A stretch of 63,449 nt of DNA, the filler included, from Rhabdomonas costata (lineage: Eukaryota): the NCBI GenBank assembly GCA_019059605.1. It is 57 parts of 57 records of this genome, joined end to end, with 100 filler letters (N's around TTAATTAATTAA, not from the genome) between each part and the next. Parts side by side here need not be neighbours in the genome. Positions count along the whole stretch, not along the records: positions 12,266 to 13,280 come from JAHMHO010033440.1; positions 13,381 to 14,395 come from JAHMHO010033441.1; positions 14,496 to 15,510 come from JAHMHO010033442.1; positions 15,611 to 16,625 come from JAHMHO010033443.1; positions 16,726 to 17,740 come from JAHMHO010033444.1; positions 17,841 to 18,855 come from JAHMHO010033445.1; positions 18,956 to 19,970 come from JAHMHO010033446.1; positions 20,071 to 21,085 come from JAHMHO010033447.1; 49 more parts are not named here. One strand, written 5' to 3'. A model generated the notes under the pieces. That model did no database searches. It worked only from the letters and a program-made list of their open reading frames with translations, and had not been told where the DNA came from. The translations under genes were made by a program, and so were the position numbers. This document shows, piece by piece, positions 12,629 to 23,249 of the stretch (positions are counted from its first letter, which is position 1; each line of letters begins with the position of its first letter).

Positions 12629-13195
12629 TTATTCTGTAAAAAAATAATTCTTAACTTCAACATCAGTTGCCATACGTTCAAGAATACCAGTTGTTATAAT
12701 TGATGTATCTTTATGTGTAAATGTACGTGATTCTATTAATACAACAACATAATTTCCAGTTGTTAACATATTATTTTGACTTTTATTTTTTATGAAAATA
12801 TTTCCATCTCGATCTGTTGCAAAATTATTTTTATCAATTCTGTCATAAGTTACTATAACTAAAATTGGACCATTTATTAATCGTAATATAGCTCGATTAA
12901 TACGATCAACATAACATACAATCTGTTTATCAATAGTTGGGTAACAGATACTACATTTAAATTTAACATTAAATTTTGCACTACACATTGGATCTTCAGC
13001 AATAATTCGTATTTGTTTATAATCAACAATTTCAAATACTTCGATAATACAACCGATATCTTCGAAACATTTATTTTTAAACATTTTTACAAAATTATTT
13101 TTAAGATGTGTTAACAAATTATTATTCATTTGATTCGGGAAAAGTGACACATTTGATGATATATAATCTACTTTATACGGTTTTGATAGTGACAT
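12629..13195 (-). CDS. rpb7: DNA-directed RNA polymerase subunit RPB7/RpoE homologue, NCLDV (Mimiviridae-like) type, 188 aa, complete and intronless
   Basis: PY..V.L.PNQMNN..L..LKNN...KC...G.I..V..I....I.AED....A.F.V.F.C..C.P...I...V..IN....L.NGPI fits RPB7 (N-terminal RNP-like plus OB domain) as I recall it from mimivirid homologues; roughly 20% GC by eye. Confidence 0.8.
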   Translation of the reverse strand: MSLSKPYKVDYISSNVSLFPNQMNNNLLTHLKNNFVKMFKNKCFEDIGCIIEVFEIVDYKQIRIIAEDPMCSAKFNVKFKCSICYPTIDKQIVCYVDRINRAILRLINGPILVIVTYDRIDKNNFATDRDGNIFIKNKSQNNMLTTGNYVVVLIESRTFTHKDTSIITTGILERMATDVEVKNYFFTE

Positions 13196-13277
13196 ATTTA
13201 TTTATATTGATATTTTTTATTTTAAATGATTTAAAATAAAAAATATCAATATAAATAAATATGTCACTATCAAAACC
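13179..13277. repeat. Perfect 49-bp inverted repeat with 1-nt loop at contig end
   Basis: 13179-13227 is the exact reverse complement of 13229-13277; it includes the first 17 nt of the RPB7 CDS. Confidence 0.95.
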
Positions 13278-13705
13278 ACANNNNNNNNNNNNNNNNNNNN
13301 NNNNNNNNNNNNNNNNNNNNNNNNTTAATTAATTAANNNNNNNNNNNNNNNNNNNNNNNNNNNNNNNNNNNNNNNNNNNNTGTGGGTGGGGGCAAATGGG
13401 GTTTCGCACATAATGGGACTTTTTGGCTTGACAAAGCGAAAAAGTCAATTCTGCGGGAAAACGCCTATCGCTTCCCCAATGAAGTCTCTGTGGTACTGCA
13501 CGCGGATATATCAGCACTAAAAAGATCTGAACGCGCGCGCTTCTTCAGGTGATATTCCTTCATTTTCAGAGGTTGTTCTAACGAACCGCACCTGTTTTTT
13601 TTGTTCTGCTTTCGTCACCACTCTCCTTTTGTGATTTTTGTGAGGTTGAGATAGGGAAGGAAGGGAGTGTGGTGCCCAGCGGGACTGCCTTTTTTGTCTC
13701 TCACA

Positions 13706-14047
13706 ATGGACCTCAAGGGCTTCAAGTTCAACCGCGCCGCGATGCTGCCCAACTTGGGCTTCTGGGGCGGCCTAGTCGGGGGGATGCCCGTGGCTGTCCT
13801 GCTGCAGGTCAAGGTGCACAACGACTCCGTCTTCGCCACCGTCGCCCTGGCCTGCGCTGCCTCCATGGCGCTGCGGACCCGCAAGGTGGAGCTCTCGCAG
13901 CGGATGTTCCACGCGGGGCTGATCCAAGCCGCCAACGGGGTGGCCTTCGGGCACACCATGTGCTGGATCCTGGGAAAGTGGCACGACCGCAACAATCCTA
14001 CCCCCGCCTCTGACCCCAAAAGTCCAGCAAAGAGCGCGGGGAAGTGA
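13706..14047 (+). CDS. Small intronless membrane protein (113 aa), weakly HIG1-like
   Basis: Strong GC3 bias, ATG to TGA, hydrophobic segments, ALRTRKVELSQRMFHA motif. Confidence 0.6.
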   Translation: MDLKGFKFNRAAMLPNLGFWGGLVGGMPVAVLLQVKVHNDSVFATVALACAASMALRTRKVELSQRMFHAGLIQAANGVAFGHTMCWILGKWHDRNNPTPASDPKSPAKSAGK

Positions 14048-16863
14048 AAGTGACTTTGCGTGAGGGTGGGGTGCACTTAGTCACTATTCCCAAGGGGCGG
14101 AACGCGGTGTGTGTCTCGGTGCTGCAGTGTGCTGATATTCTTCTTTCGGATTCTTCAGAGTCAAGGGGCAGCATTGATTTTGTTTGCTCTTTGTTTGTTT
14201 TTAGTTGAGAAGTACCCCCACCCCTACCCGCATGACCCCAAGATGCCCCAGATATGGGTCCTATTCCGCACCGCTGCGCACCCACCCCTACGTACCCAGA
14301 GTGAGAGAGAGATGCCAGAACCCACCTGGCACCCCATGCATACCCGCATGCACCCTGAGATGCAAAATGCCCGCACCCTCCTGACCACCCCCAACNNNNN
14401 NNNNNNNNNNNNNNNNNNNNNNNNNNNNNNNNNNNNNNNTTAATTAATTAANNNNNNNNNNNNNNNNNNNNNNNNNNNNNNNNNNNNNNNNNNNNGTGGT
14501 GCTGGCCCATCAGCTTCAACTCACCCAACTTCCCCCCACTCGGCAACTTTCACATTCTGTGTTTGGAATCTTTGGATTTGTCAATTTCCTTTGTCCTCGT
14601 ACTCTTTTTGTCGTCGTTTGCCTTCTCTTTGTCTCGAACCCTCATTGTGTCCGAGGTGCTCCTCCCTTTTGTTTCGGTTTGGTTTCAGGCCGATGTTTAT
14701 ATCCCTCCTTGTTTCGTCATGGGGTCAGCAGCGATCTGTTCTTTTTTCTGCTGGACGCTAAGAACAGGAATGTCGCCAACGTCGGAGTGGCGGACGGGAT
14801 TCTTTTTTCGAACCTCCTCTTTGCTCTCGTTTTTCCGTGCAATTGGGGTGATTTCTCTTGAAAAGGTGCGGAGGAACGTTGTCCCTGTCACGGAGAACGT
14901 TTGGTTTTTCTTCTGACGAGATAACAGCTGCTGGCTTTTCAATTTCCAGGTTTGACTTTTCTAGAATAATTGAAGATGGGCAACTCTCCTGGGAGTGGCC
15001 TGCATAGCATCATAGAAGGCGGGGTGTAAACGCATAGTATAAATCTAATTTTAGCATCCCAAAGGTAGGGCGGGTCTGAGCAATAGTTTGGCGAGCATCG
15101 AGTACTATGGAATGGACGAGGATGAGTAACTGAGATTTCTCAAGAGGACATCGAAGATTCAGAGGCACCCCACCCCAGCCCGTAACGTCCCTGGTAGCTG
15201 CAGAGGCTCAGGCCCGAACCTTCAAACCTGGCTTCCCTGTCCTATCCTTCCTTCCGCATGGAAAGAAAACAACAAAACTCCATTTAAAAAGGGGCCATCA
15301 CTATGCAAAAATGGACAATAATTCACCCTCTCGCGTGCAGACGCTTTTTCGGGTCCTGTTTTCTCCCTATTGTGATTGGTTACCATGAAGCGTTGCAAAA
15401 AAAAAATACTCCACTTCCACCGACAAAGGCGCCTGACTCGTTTTTCGCGTGTTTTTGGCCCGCGATATATGTAAACAGTGACAAGGGGATGTGCCGGTTG
15501 ACAAAAACCCNNNNNNNNNNNNNNNNNNNNNNNNNNNNNNNNNNNNNNNNNNNNTTAATTAATTAANNNNNNNNNNNNNNNNNNNNNNNNNNNNNNNNNN
15601 NNNNNNNNNNGGTTTATTGGGTAAAATTCCGCGCTGAGTCCCGTTCCTTCTCTTGCAAAGGCCTTTACTCGGGGCCTTTTTGCTGCTTGTTTCTCCTCTG
15701 TGATCTGTGCTGCTCACATGGCGACGCAGTGATTCTTCGAAGGCTGCTCCCCAAATGGGGCAGGCTCTGGCCTCGGAGTCGTCGTGCTTCCACGGTGCTT
15801 GCTGCATTTCGCGTCCGCGCACTTCATCGGCACTCACTCCTCTCACGCTTGTTGCACATCCTTGTGTTGACTTGTAGCACAACAGTGGTTTGGTGTCCTT
15901 GAGTCAAGAGCACACACCCAGCACGAAAAAGAAATCTGGAAAAAAAAGGTGCAGTTGCATCAGCAACGCCCTAAAACACTACAATGGGGCAACTGGAGTG
16001 GGAAAGTGGAAAGATGGACAAAGACGACAAGAGCAAGTAATGGGTGGCCGGCTCACCAGAAAACAGAACAAGAACCTCCGCCTGCCCCACACGTGTCTTA
16101 AGGCTTTTCTGAGCGAAAGCAGCCTGGGGATGAATTGAATGGAATTTCTCTTCCCTGCAGTGGTGGCGTGCCCACAACTGACCCCTGCAAACTATGCCGA
16201 CGGCCACGGGTAATACCACACCTTATTTCAGAGCGTTGCTGATGAGGGCATCTGAGGCAAGGCGAGCAAGCTCCGCACCCAGGGACGGTACTGAGGGAAT
16301 TCAGAACCCAGCAGGCATTCATGTTTGATGGTGTTTTGCGCGGAACAGCTCTGAGGACATCGGCCCCCGTTCCTGTGTGAGCACGAGGTTGATGCACGTG
16401 CTGTGCACCCTCTCCGAAGAAGTTAGTTTGTTGCTATAATTTGTCGCCTCTTCTGACTTAGGGGGATATCTTTTGGTGATGGCCTTTATGGTGGCCACGT
16501 GGTGGCTTCCTGTAGTATCCTCCTCGGAGGCTCAGAACAACTCCACTCGGCTTTACCTGCGCTCTGCCGCGTTGCTGACCGAGTTCATGACAACTCTGGG
16601 AAGGGCTTGAGCTTGCTCCTTTCGGNNNNNNNNNNNNNNNNNNNNNNNNNNNNNNNNNNNNNNNNNNNNTTAATTAATTAANNNNNNNNNNNNNNNNNNN
16701 NNNNNNNNNNNNNNNNNNNNNNNNNTGTGGGTTGTTTCAGTTATCTGTGCCAATGCGCGATGGGTTCCCTTGGGTATTGGTTGCTTCACTCTCCATCAAT
16801 TGGGTGTTTTGGTCCTTGCTCCGCGTGGTTTGCCTGTGCTCCTTCCTTGTGCTTCTGTCCCAG

Positions 16864-17012
16864 GAGAGGCGAATTCGGGGTTACTGGGGACCTTCCAGCT
16901 GGCGCCTGTGATCCCAGCCAGAGAGCTGACCGCGAAGAAGGCCGCCACCCTGCACCTGCTGCAGTACGTCATGCAGCAGCGGTGCTTCGACCGGCTTCGC
17001 ACGGAAGAGCAG
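16864..17012 (+). CDS. Exon of M16A insulinase (IDE/pitrilysin-family) peptidase, C-terminal half
   Basis: EANSGL..FQ...LHLLQYVMQQRCFDRLRTEEQ matches the FxxLRTxEQLGY motif; cccag|...|gtaggc. Confidence 0.85.
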
Positions 17013-17501
17013 GTAGGCGCCCCATTTCTTTTGTATGATATGTATGGTTTATTAGTATGTATCGGATGTTAGATGTGTGTGTGATCATAGAAGAAAATTA
17101 TCGCCCCAGGTTTCTTCGCAAACCCGAAACAAATGGATCCGATGATGGTGATTTTGAGTTTTGTGTTTTGCTGTGCAATTGAAACTACCATGACGACCTG
17201 GAAGGCGGAGCTTCGGTATTGCCCCCCCCACCCGCCGCCTACGAACCCGCTGTAACCCGCACACGCATGTCCAACAAATGAAACCTGATTCTTCGATACG
17301 GACTTAATTATCTGTGTGAGCGCAGCAAACAGGTCTCGATCGACGCAGGAAAACGCGTCCATCCCACCACCTCTGAAGTCATGAAAAATCCTTGCACTAA
17401 ACACCACCACCACCACCACACTCACAGCGAAAAGATCGATCCAACGAATGCACACACACACACACACCGACGCACGCCGAAAAAGAAACAAAGAAACAAA
17501 C

Positions 17502-17649
17502 CAGCGTGTCGGACACCGCCAAGGAGAACAGGTCGGCCAGAGCATAGGAGGTGGCGTTGCGGGGCACCTCTGTGGAGTCCAGGGCGCACTCGAAGTATGC
17601 CTTGGGTTGCGCGAACTGCGCGCTGCGGCCGTACCACAGCGGTACCTCA
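17502..17649 (-). CDS. Exon of M16A insulinase peptidase, middle domain
   Basis: LWYGRSAQFAQPKAYFECALDS...ALADLFSLAVSDTL matches LWxKxDxxFxxPKA...LxxDxL; ttgcag|...|gtttgt. Confidence 0.8.
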
Positions 17650-18652
17650 CTGCAAGGTGCAGGAAACCACCCACCACGGCACCTCACTGAGAACAAAATA
17701 CCAAAATCGGCAAACCGGACCAGAGGCCCACCAACACCCCNNNNNNNNNNNNNNNNNNNNNNNNNNNNNNNNNNNNNNNNNNNNTTAATTAATTAANNNN
17801 NNNNNNNNNNNNNNNNNNNNNNNNNNNNNNNNNNNNNNNNTTGTTGGGTGACCTCTGGAAGTCGCAGTTGAACCTTAATTAAGGAGTTAACATCAATAAG
17901 GCATGCAGGTCGAGCATATCCTCCATAGCCTTCACGAAAAATGGGCATCTGAATTTTGCCCGCACAGGCCTCCAGACTTCCACCTAGGTTATGACAACAT
18001 GTTTTGTTGCGGCTGTTAGCAGCATTGGGCCTGGGGTAGAGAGATCGGAACGCAAAGTTCCAGTCCAAGATCAAGATCAAGATAGGGACGTTGTCTTCGC
18101 AATAGTTCCTTTTTATCCTGAACTTTGTGAATCAGGACCTTGCACTGTTACCCTTTACCACAAAAACAAGAATTTGCCGTAACATCTTCATCTTCGAATA
18201 ACTTTACAAGGAAAGTGACACCCTGAAACTCACAAGAACGTATGTGACCCATTTGAACCTGGTCTCCTCAGACCCCATATAAATATCATGGTCGCGAAAT
18301 AGTGATTGTGCCGTCAAATGATTTGGTCTAACATTTTTGTCTGCATTTTAACAATAAATAGAGGAACTGTTTTACTTAGCTTTCGCGCCCGAGGCGCGAG
18401 ATTGTTTTGCGCCCATAACCATGGTTCCAAGCGGTTATGCAAAGTTTTTGTTGTATGGTGGTCACAAGCGTTTCCCACAGAAAATATTCGTTGGGTTGCA
18501 CACCTCTGAGTTTACGATGTGTATTATAATAAGTAATCTTTCTTCAGATACCGGCAGAATTAACCCGGCTGTAACTCAAAGCGCGGCGTTGTGGTGGCCA
18601 AAAACACAAAGGACCTTAAGCAAAGCCAGTTTGGAGCAACTCCATCCATCAC

Positions 18653-18711
18653 CAACTACTAACTAATTAACTAACTAACTAACTAACTAACCAACTAACT
18701 AACTAACTAAC
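18653..18711. repeat. (TAAC)n microsatellite
   Basis: Near-perfect tetranucleotide run. Confidence 0.9.
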
Positions 18712-19317
18712 ATGGCTACCAAGGGCTTATGTCACAGATTAGAAGTCGACCCGACCGAACCCCAACCGTTGGATTTTTTCCCGGTGTTTCCAGGGGTTTT
18801 GGACAATACCTGAAATGTGTTGTCTTCTGCTGTCGATAGCTTTTTCACCCCCCCCNNNNNNNNNNNNNNNNNNNNNNNNNNNNNNNNNNNNNNNNNNNNT
18901 TAATTAATTAANNNNNNNNNNNNNNNNNNNNNNNNNNNNNNNNNNNNNNNNNNNNGTTTGTTGTGGAGGTATACTTCACCAGCCCTCCAAGCTGAACCCA
19001 AGTGATCACTTTCTGTAGAATTCTTGAAATACAGGGGACCGGCGTACCAGTCCTTACTCTACGGCATTGTGTTGCACCTCACCAGCCACCTCTTTCCATC
19101 CTTGAAATATTGCGTCCAGCCAGGGCCTCACCCGGCATACAGCAATGCTTTTGGTTTGTCTCTTTCTAGTAACTGTAGGGATAGTTTGCCCCATAGTTTG
19201 CGCTTGCTTGTTTCACTTCTGCTGGGCACAAAGATTGCGCAATTGGTTGTGCGGGAACGGGGGAACCCCACGACCACCACGCACCCACAACCGGTGATTG
19301 CACACCCTTCCAACGAG

Positions 19318-19722
19318 TGTATGAGGCATCCCAGCCAGCAGATTCCGAGGACGCACTCATGTTGCAGGGGGCAAGGGGCCACCAGGGAATGCAATCCGGT
19401 ATCATCCCACGCACGCTGTTCACTCGGATCCGCGTGCCAGGGTCGGTGCTCCTGAATAACCCCGCGCGGTGCGTCACGCCCATCGTGCCTTCCACACGGT
19501 CGCCAATGTGGAACCACACCACGGCGCTGAGGCTGGCCCCCGGGGTGCGAGCCCGGCAAGCACTGTTCAGTGTGTGGCACAGCCTGCAACCTCAACAGCA
19601 GCGGCATGACAGGGAGGCCTCCCCACCACAGACGGTCACGGGGCGACCGTCCCCAGCCCAGCTGCTGGGCACCGCCTCCGTGGACCTCAGCGCGCTGTGG
19701 TTTGGGCTGCCCAAGATTGAAG
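19318..19722 (+). CDS. Exon encoding a C2 domain, C2CD3-like; 5' boundary approximate
   Basis: TPIVPSTRSPMWNH..LFSVWH..LLGTASVDLSALWFGLPKIEG followed by a gtgagt donor. Confidence 0.65.
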
Positions 19723-20865
19723 GTGAGTTTGCTTGCTATGGGTCGGTAATGCCTATAGGTCCTCCAGGGAGTTTGGAGATTAAGTGTGGAACGTCGAAGG
19801 TCTCTCGTTCCCGGTTCTATCTGGAATCCATGGAAGGGAAATCATCTAACCCTGCTAAATCGAATTGCCGAATTCAGAAAAGGAGATTTTGTATACACTA
19901 GACCCTACCCAAATAAGTCCAAATGAGTCAATCGCAACCAATTTGAGCCAATTTCGGCAAACACCCCACANNNNNNNNNNNNNNNNNNNNNNNNNNNNNN
20001 NNNNNNNNNNNNNNTTAATTAATTAANNNNNNNNNNNNNNNNNNNNNNNNNNNNNNNNNNNNNNNNNNNNCTGGGCTTGGGTAGCATATGCTGTCTCTTG
20101 GTGAATATGCAAGGTTGTAAACTCTCGATTTACGGTGTAGCCTGCTACATCACAAAGAAACAGAACTAGACATGTCGTAGCCGAATTTTCTGGCGACAGC
20201 TGAATTTTTATGCCGTGAGTGGCGAGGAAGGGTTTGGCAAGGTTGGAGGAGTCAGTTTTTACTTCAGATTTCATGCTTCATGCTTCTCTGAATTTCTTTT
20301 TCGGAACCTTTGGTTGGGTTTGTTATTTGCGTGTCAACCTCAGACGGCAAAAAAAAAACCGTTGAAGGCAACTTGGCGAAAACCTTGTCCCCTGTGCCAA
20401 ATACCGTGGTGGAGCGCTGTAAGCATTTGCAGGACACACGCGCACATTTTTTCACAGTCTGCGTACATTCAATGTGGAGAAACGCAAAGAAACGCACCCA
20501 CCAACTCAGGGCTCTGTCGTGGTTAACAGTGAGACAGTGTACTAGAAACAAGCACACCTAGACACCACCAGCTGACTTAATCACTGGGGTGCGGTGATGT
20601 TTTTCCCGATATCTGTGCATCATTGATGAACGAAAGGGCTGGTTTGTCAAGCGTGGGCTCGAGCGGTATGCATTCAGATCCGTCCCTCCGTCCCTGAGGA
20701 TTTGGGTGGATGGCCGAAGCAATATAAATGCTTGTCGTGTCAATGTGTTTGTCTGGAGTAGTCTGTGTGATGAAACCTGAAACTTTTCCCCGAGGTCGTG
20801 CGTCGCCATCGGTTTTCTTAGCCCGTGCACCCACTGACATAGGACTGCGAGTAGATGCGCGGCAG

Positions 20866-21031
20866 TCTGGGAAGATCGCAGCTGGGCTGCGGCCTGGGGA
20901 GCTTTTCCAGGACTCGGAGTTCCCGCCCTGTGACGCCTCCTTGGGATATGAGGAAGGCAAGGGGTTCAGCTTCCGAGGAACCCCTTGGCGGAGGGCCACC
21001 GAGCTCTTCCCTTCAGTGGTGCTTTTCAATG
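20866..21031 (+). CDS. Exon of a calpain-like cysteine protease (start of CysPc domain)
   Basis: LFQDSEFPPCDASLG...WRRATELF...LF matches FxDxxFPPxxxSL...WxRxxE. Confidence 0.75.
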
Positions 21032-23013
21032 GCATGCGACAGTGTGATTTCTCTCCGCTCTTTGGTCGTGGGCGTGGGTTTGTGGNNNNNNNNNNNNNNN
21101 NNNNNNNNNNNNNNNNNNNNNNNNNNNNNTTAATTAATTAANNNNNNNNNNNNNNNNNNNNNNNNNNNNNNNNNNNNNNNNNNNNTGGTTTGATTGAATC
21201 AAACTTTTTTCGCTCTTTTTTTTGGGGGGGGGGATGCAGAGTGGACGAGTACCTCAAAGAGATCCCTCAGGAAGGCATTGCTTGCACAGCGGCACCGGTG
21301 GTGGACGCTTCTTCTGCACCCCAGAAGCCCGTCGGTGTGGACTAGTGGATTACCTTACCTTTGCCGAATCCGACAAGATGGCCCCACCTCCGCAGAACTG
21401 CCCAGCATCGCTGCTGCTCAGAACATTTTCCTGCAAAGCTGTGCAAGGAAAGTAGAGGCCGAAGGAAGAAATGGCTTTCTCAGAAAGCTGCTCTTCGGCT
21501 ACACTGGCACCGTGAAACGTGGAGCGCAAGTGGGGTGGGTCGGGAACGCAACTGGATGATGGGGCAGCTCTTTCCATCACTGAAAAGCCTGTGTTCCACC
21601 TGTGCGGGCGCCTTTGCCAGCACATCCACATGCTTTGAGCGCCCCAGTCCCATCGGTGACCTCCCCTCTCAGTTCACGTGTGTCGTAATACGGATCGACT
21701 TGAGACTTGTTGGCTCCCCGTTGTTTTTTTTGTGGTATTATAAATGTGATGTTATTCAACCCTGCTTCCCAGGTCTGCAAGGGGTTGGGAATGAGGGAGG
21801 GGACTGGATCTGGATGTCTGTTATTCAAATGTGTCCGGGAATCAAAACTCATGCCTTGGTTGGGTATAGATGGGGGAGTTAAGACTTCAGGCGAACGTCT
21901 GCGTTCCGGACTGCAGTGCTCCAAAGAAGCGAACACACTGTTCAAACCTGAACAGAGAAGTTTTTGGGGCGGCGAAATAATCCACTGCGAGAGAGAGGAA
22001 TGAGCGGCTCAGGCACCGACAGCCTCTCAAGTGTCGCTTTGGAACCGGAATGTGAATCGGTGCCAGTTCCTCTTTCAGCCTCTTTCAGCTTCATTTTATT
22101 TAAGTGATGACGATTGTCCGTCTTGCAACCGTGCGGGCTTCCGTGATGATTTGGCCACTTGGTTGTGAGTCGCCAGCCAGAGACCCTCCACCAACCCAAC
22201 NNNNNNNNNNNNNNNNNNNNNNNNNNNNNNNNNNNNNNNNNNNNTTAATTAATTAANNNNNNNNNNNNNNNNNNNNNNNNNNNNNNNNNNNNNNNNNNNN
22301 GAAGTCAATGAGAAGTCAATGAACACCAGATCTTCAACCATCGGAAATGAGCACACTGCGAAGAAAAGGCCGCTCTTTACTTGCCTTGTCGTGGTTGTGT
22401 GTTCAGTGTGATTGTCAATGGTTGAGAGACGAGTTGCCTTATGGTGAACGTGACGGAACGGTGGACGTGAGAGGAATACAATGGGGTGGACGGGCGACCT
22501 GTGCCCGTACAGATCTTTGTGTGGAACGGGTACAGAAACCAACGCTCCTGACGCACTTTACTGCTGTTGTCATGTTCAGAGTGGTTTCTCTGAAGACGTC
22601 CTCTTTGCTCTCCTGCACGCGCTTGATTGGAGACTCGAGAGTAACCACTACTCTAAAAAGGGTACAATTGTAGGTGGGCAAGGCGTTCCACGTCTAGCGG
22701 TGTTATTAAACGTTTTGGACTTTGTGGGTCGATTGGAACAGCATTAGTTTCGGGGCGGAGCCCAAACGTGAACAGCGTTAAACACCAAAGGTTATTTTTC
22801 GAGCACTGGAGGGTTAGGCAAAGTATGCGTAGGTACTGTTCTACTTTCCCCAAGACCGTTTACCGGCCTTTAGCGTCCAACGCCCCCTCCCTCCCAAAAA
22901 ATACAACAGCCCTCTAAAACGGCGCGAAAAAACGAAGGTCACCAACAGTCAATCAGACAACAGCGAGCGCGCAATGCGCCCAAGAAACACACACACACAT
23001 GCACATGAAACAG

Positions 23014-23249
23014 GCGAGGCATGTGGCTTTGGAGCTGGACAGGCTTCGCCGGGAGGTTGCCGGCGCGGAGTGGAAGGTCACTCCTAACATCGAGAAGTAT
23101 GGTGGGGGGCTCAACGAGAAGCAGGAGCCGGCCAAGCTGGACCCCGACCACCTGACCCCGGAGAAGGATATGAAGCAGTTCCTGCAGACCCTTAAGCTGC
23201 AGGACGAGAAGGGCCACTTCCTATGCATGTACTGCGGCAGAAGCACGAA
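23014..23249 (+). CDS. Exon of an unidentified protein ending in CxxC
   Basis: aaacag|GCG...|gtgcgt; GC3-rich frame ending GHFLCMYCGRST. Confidence 0.6.

Noticed and set aside
13196-13228. Mimivirus early promoter AAAATTGA upstream of RPB7
   Set aside because: Not present in the 33 nt of reliable upstream sequence
10035-14047. Apparent neighbourhood of gypsy integrase, viral RPB7 and a host gene suggesting an integrated virus
   Set aside because: They are on separate contigs; adjacency is created by concatenation
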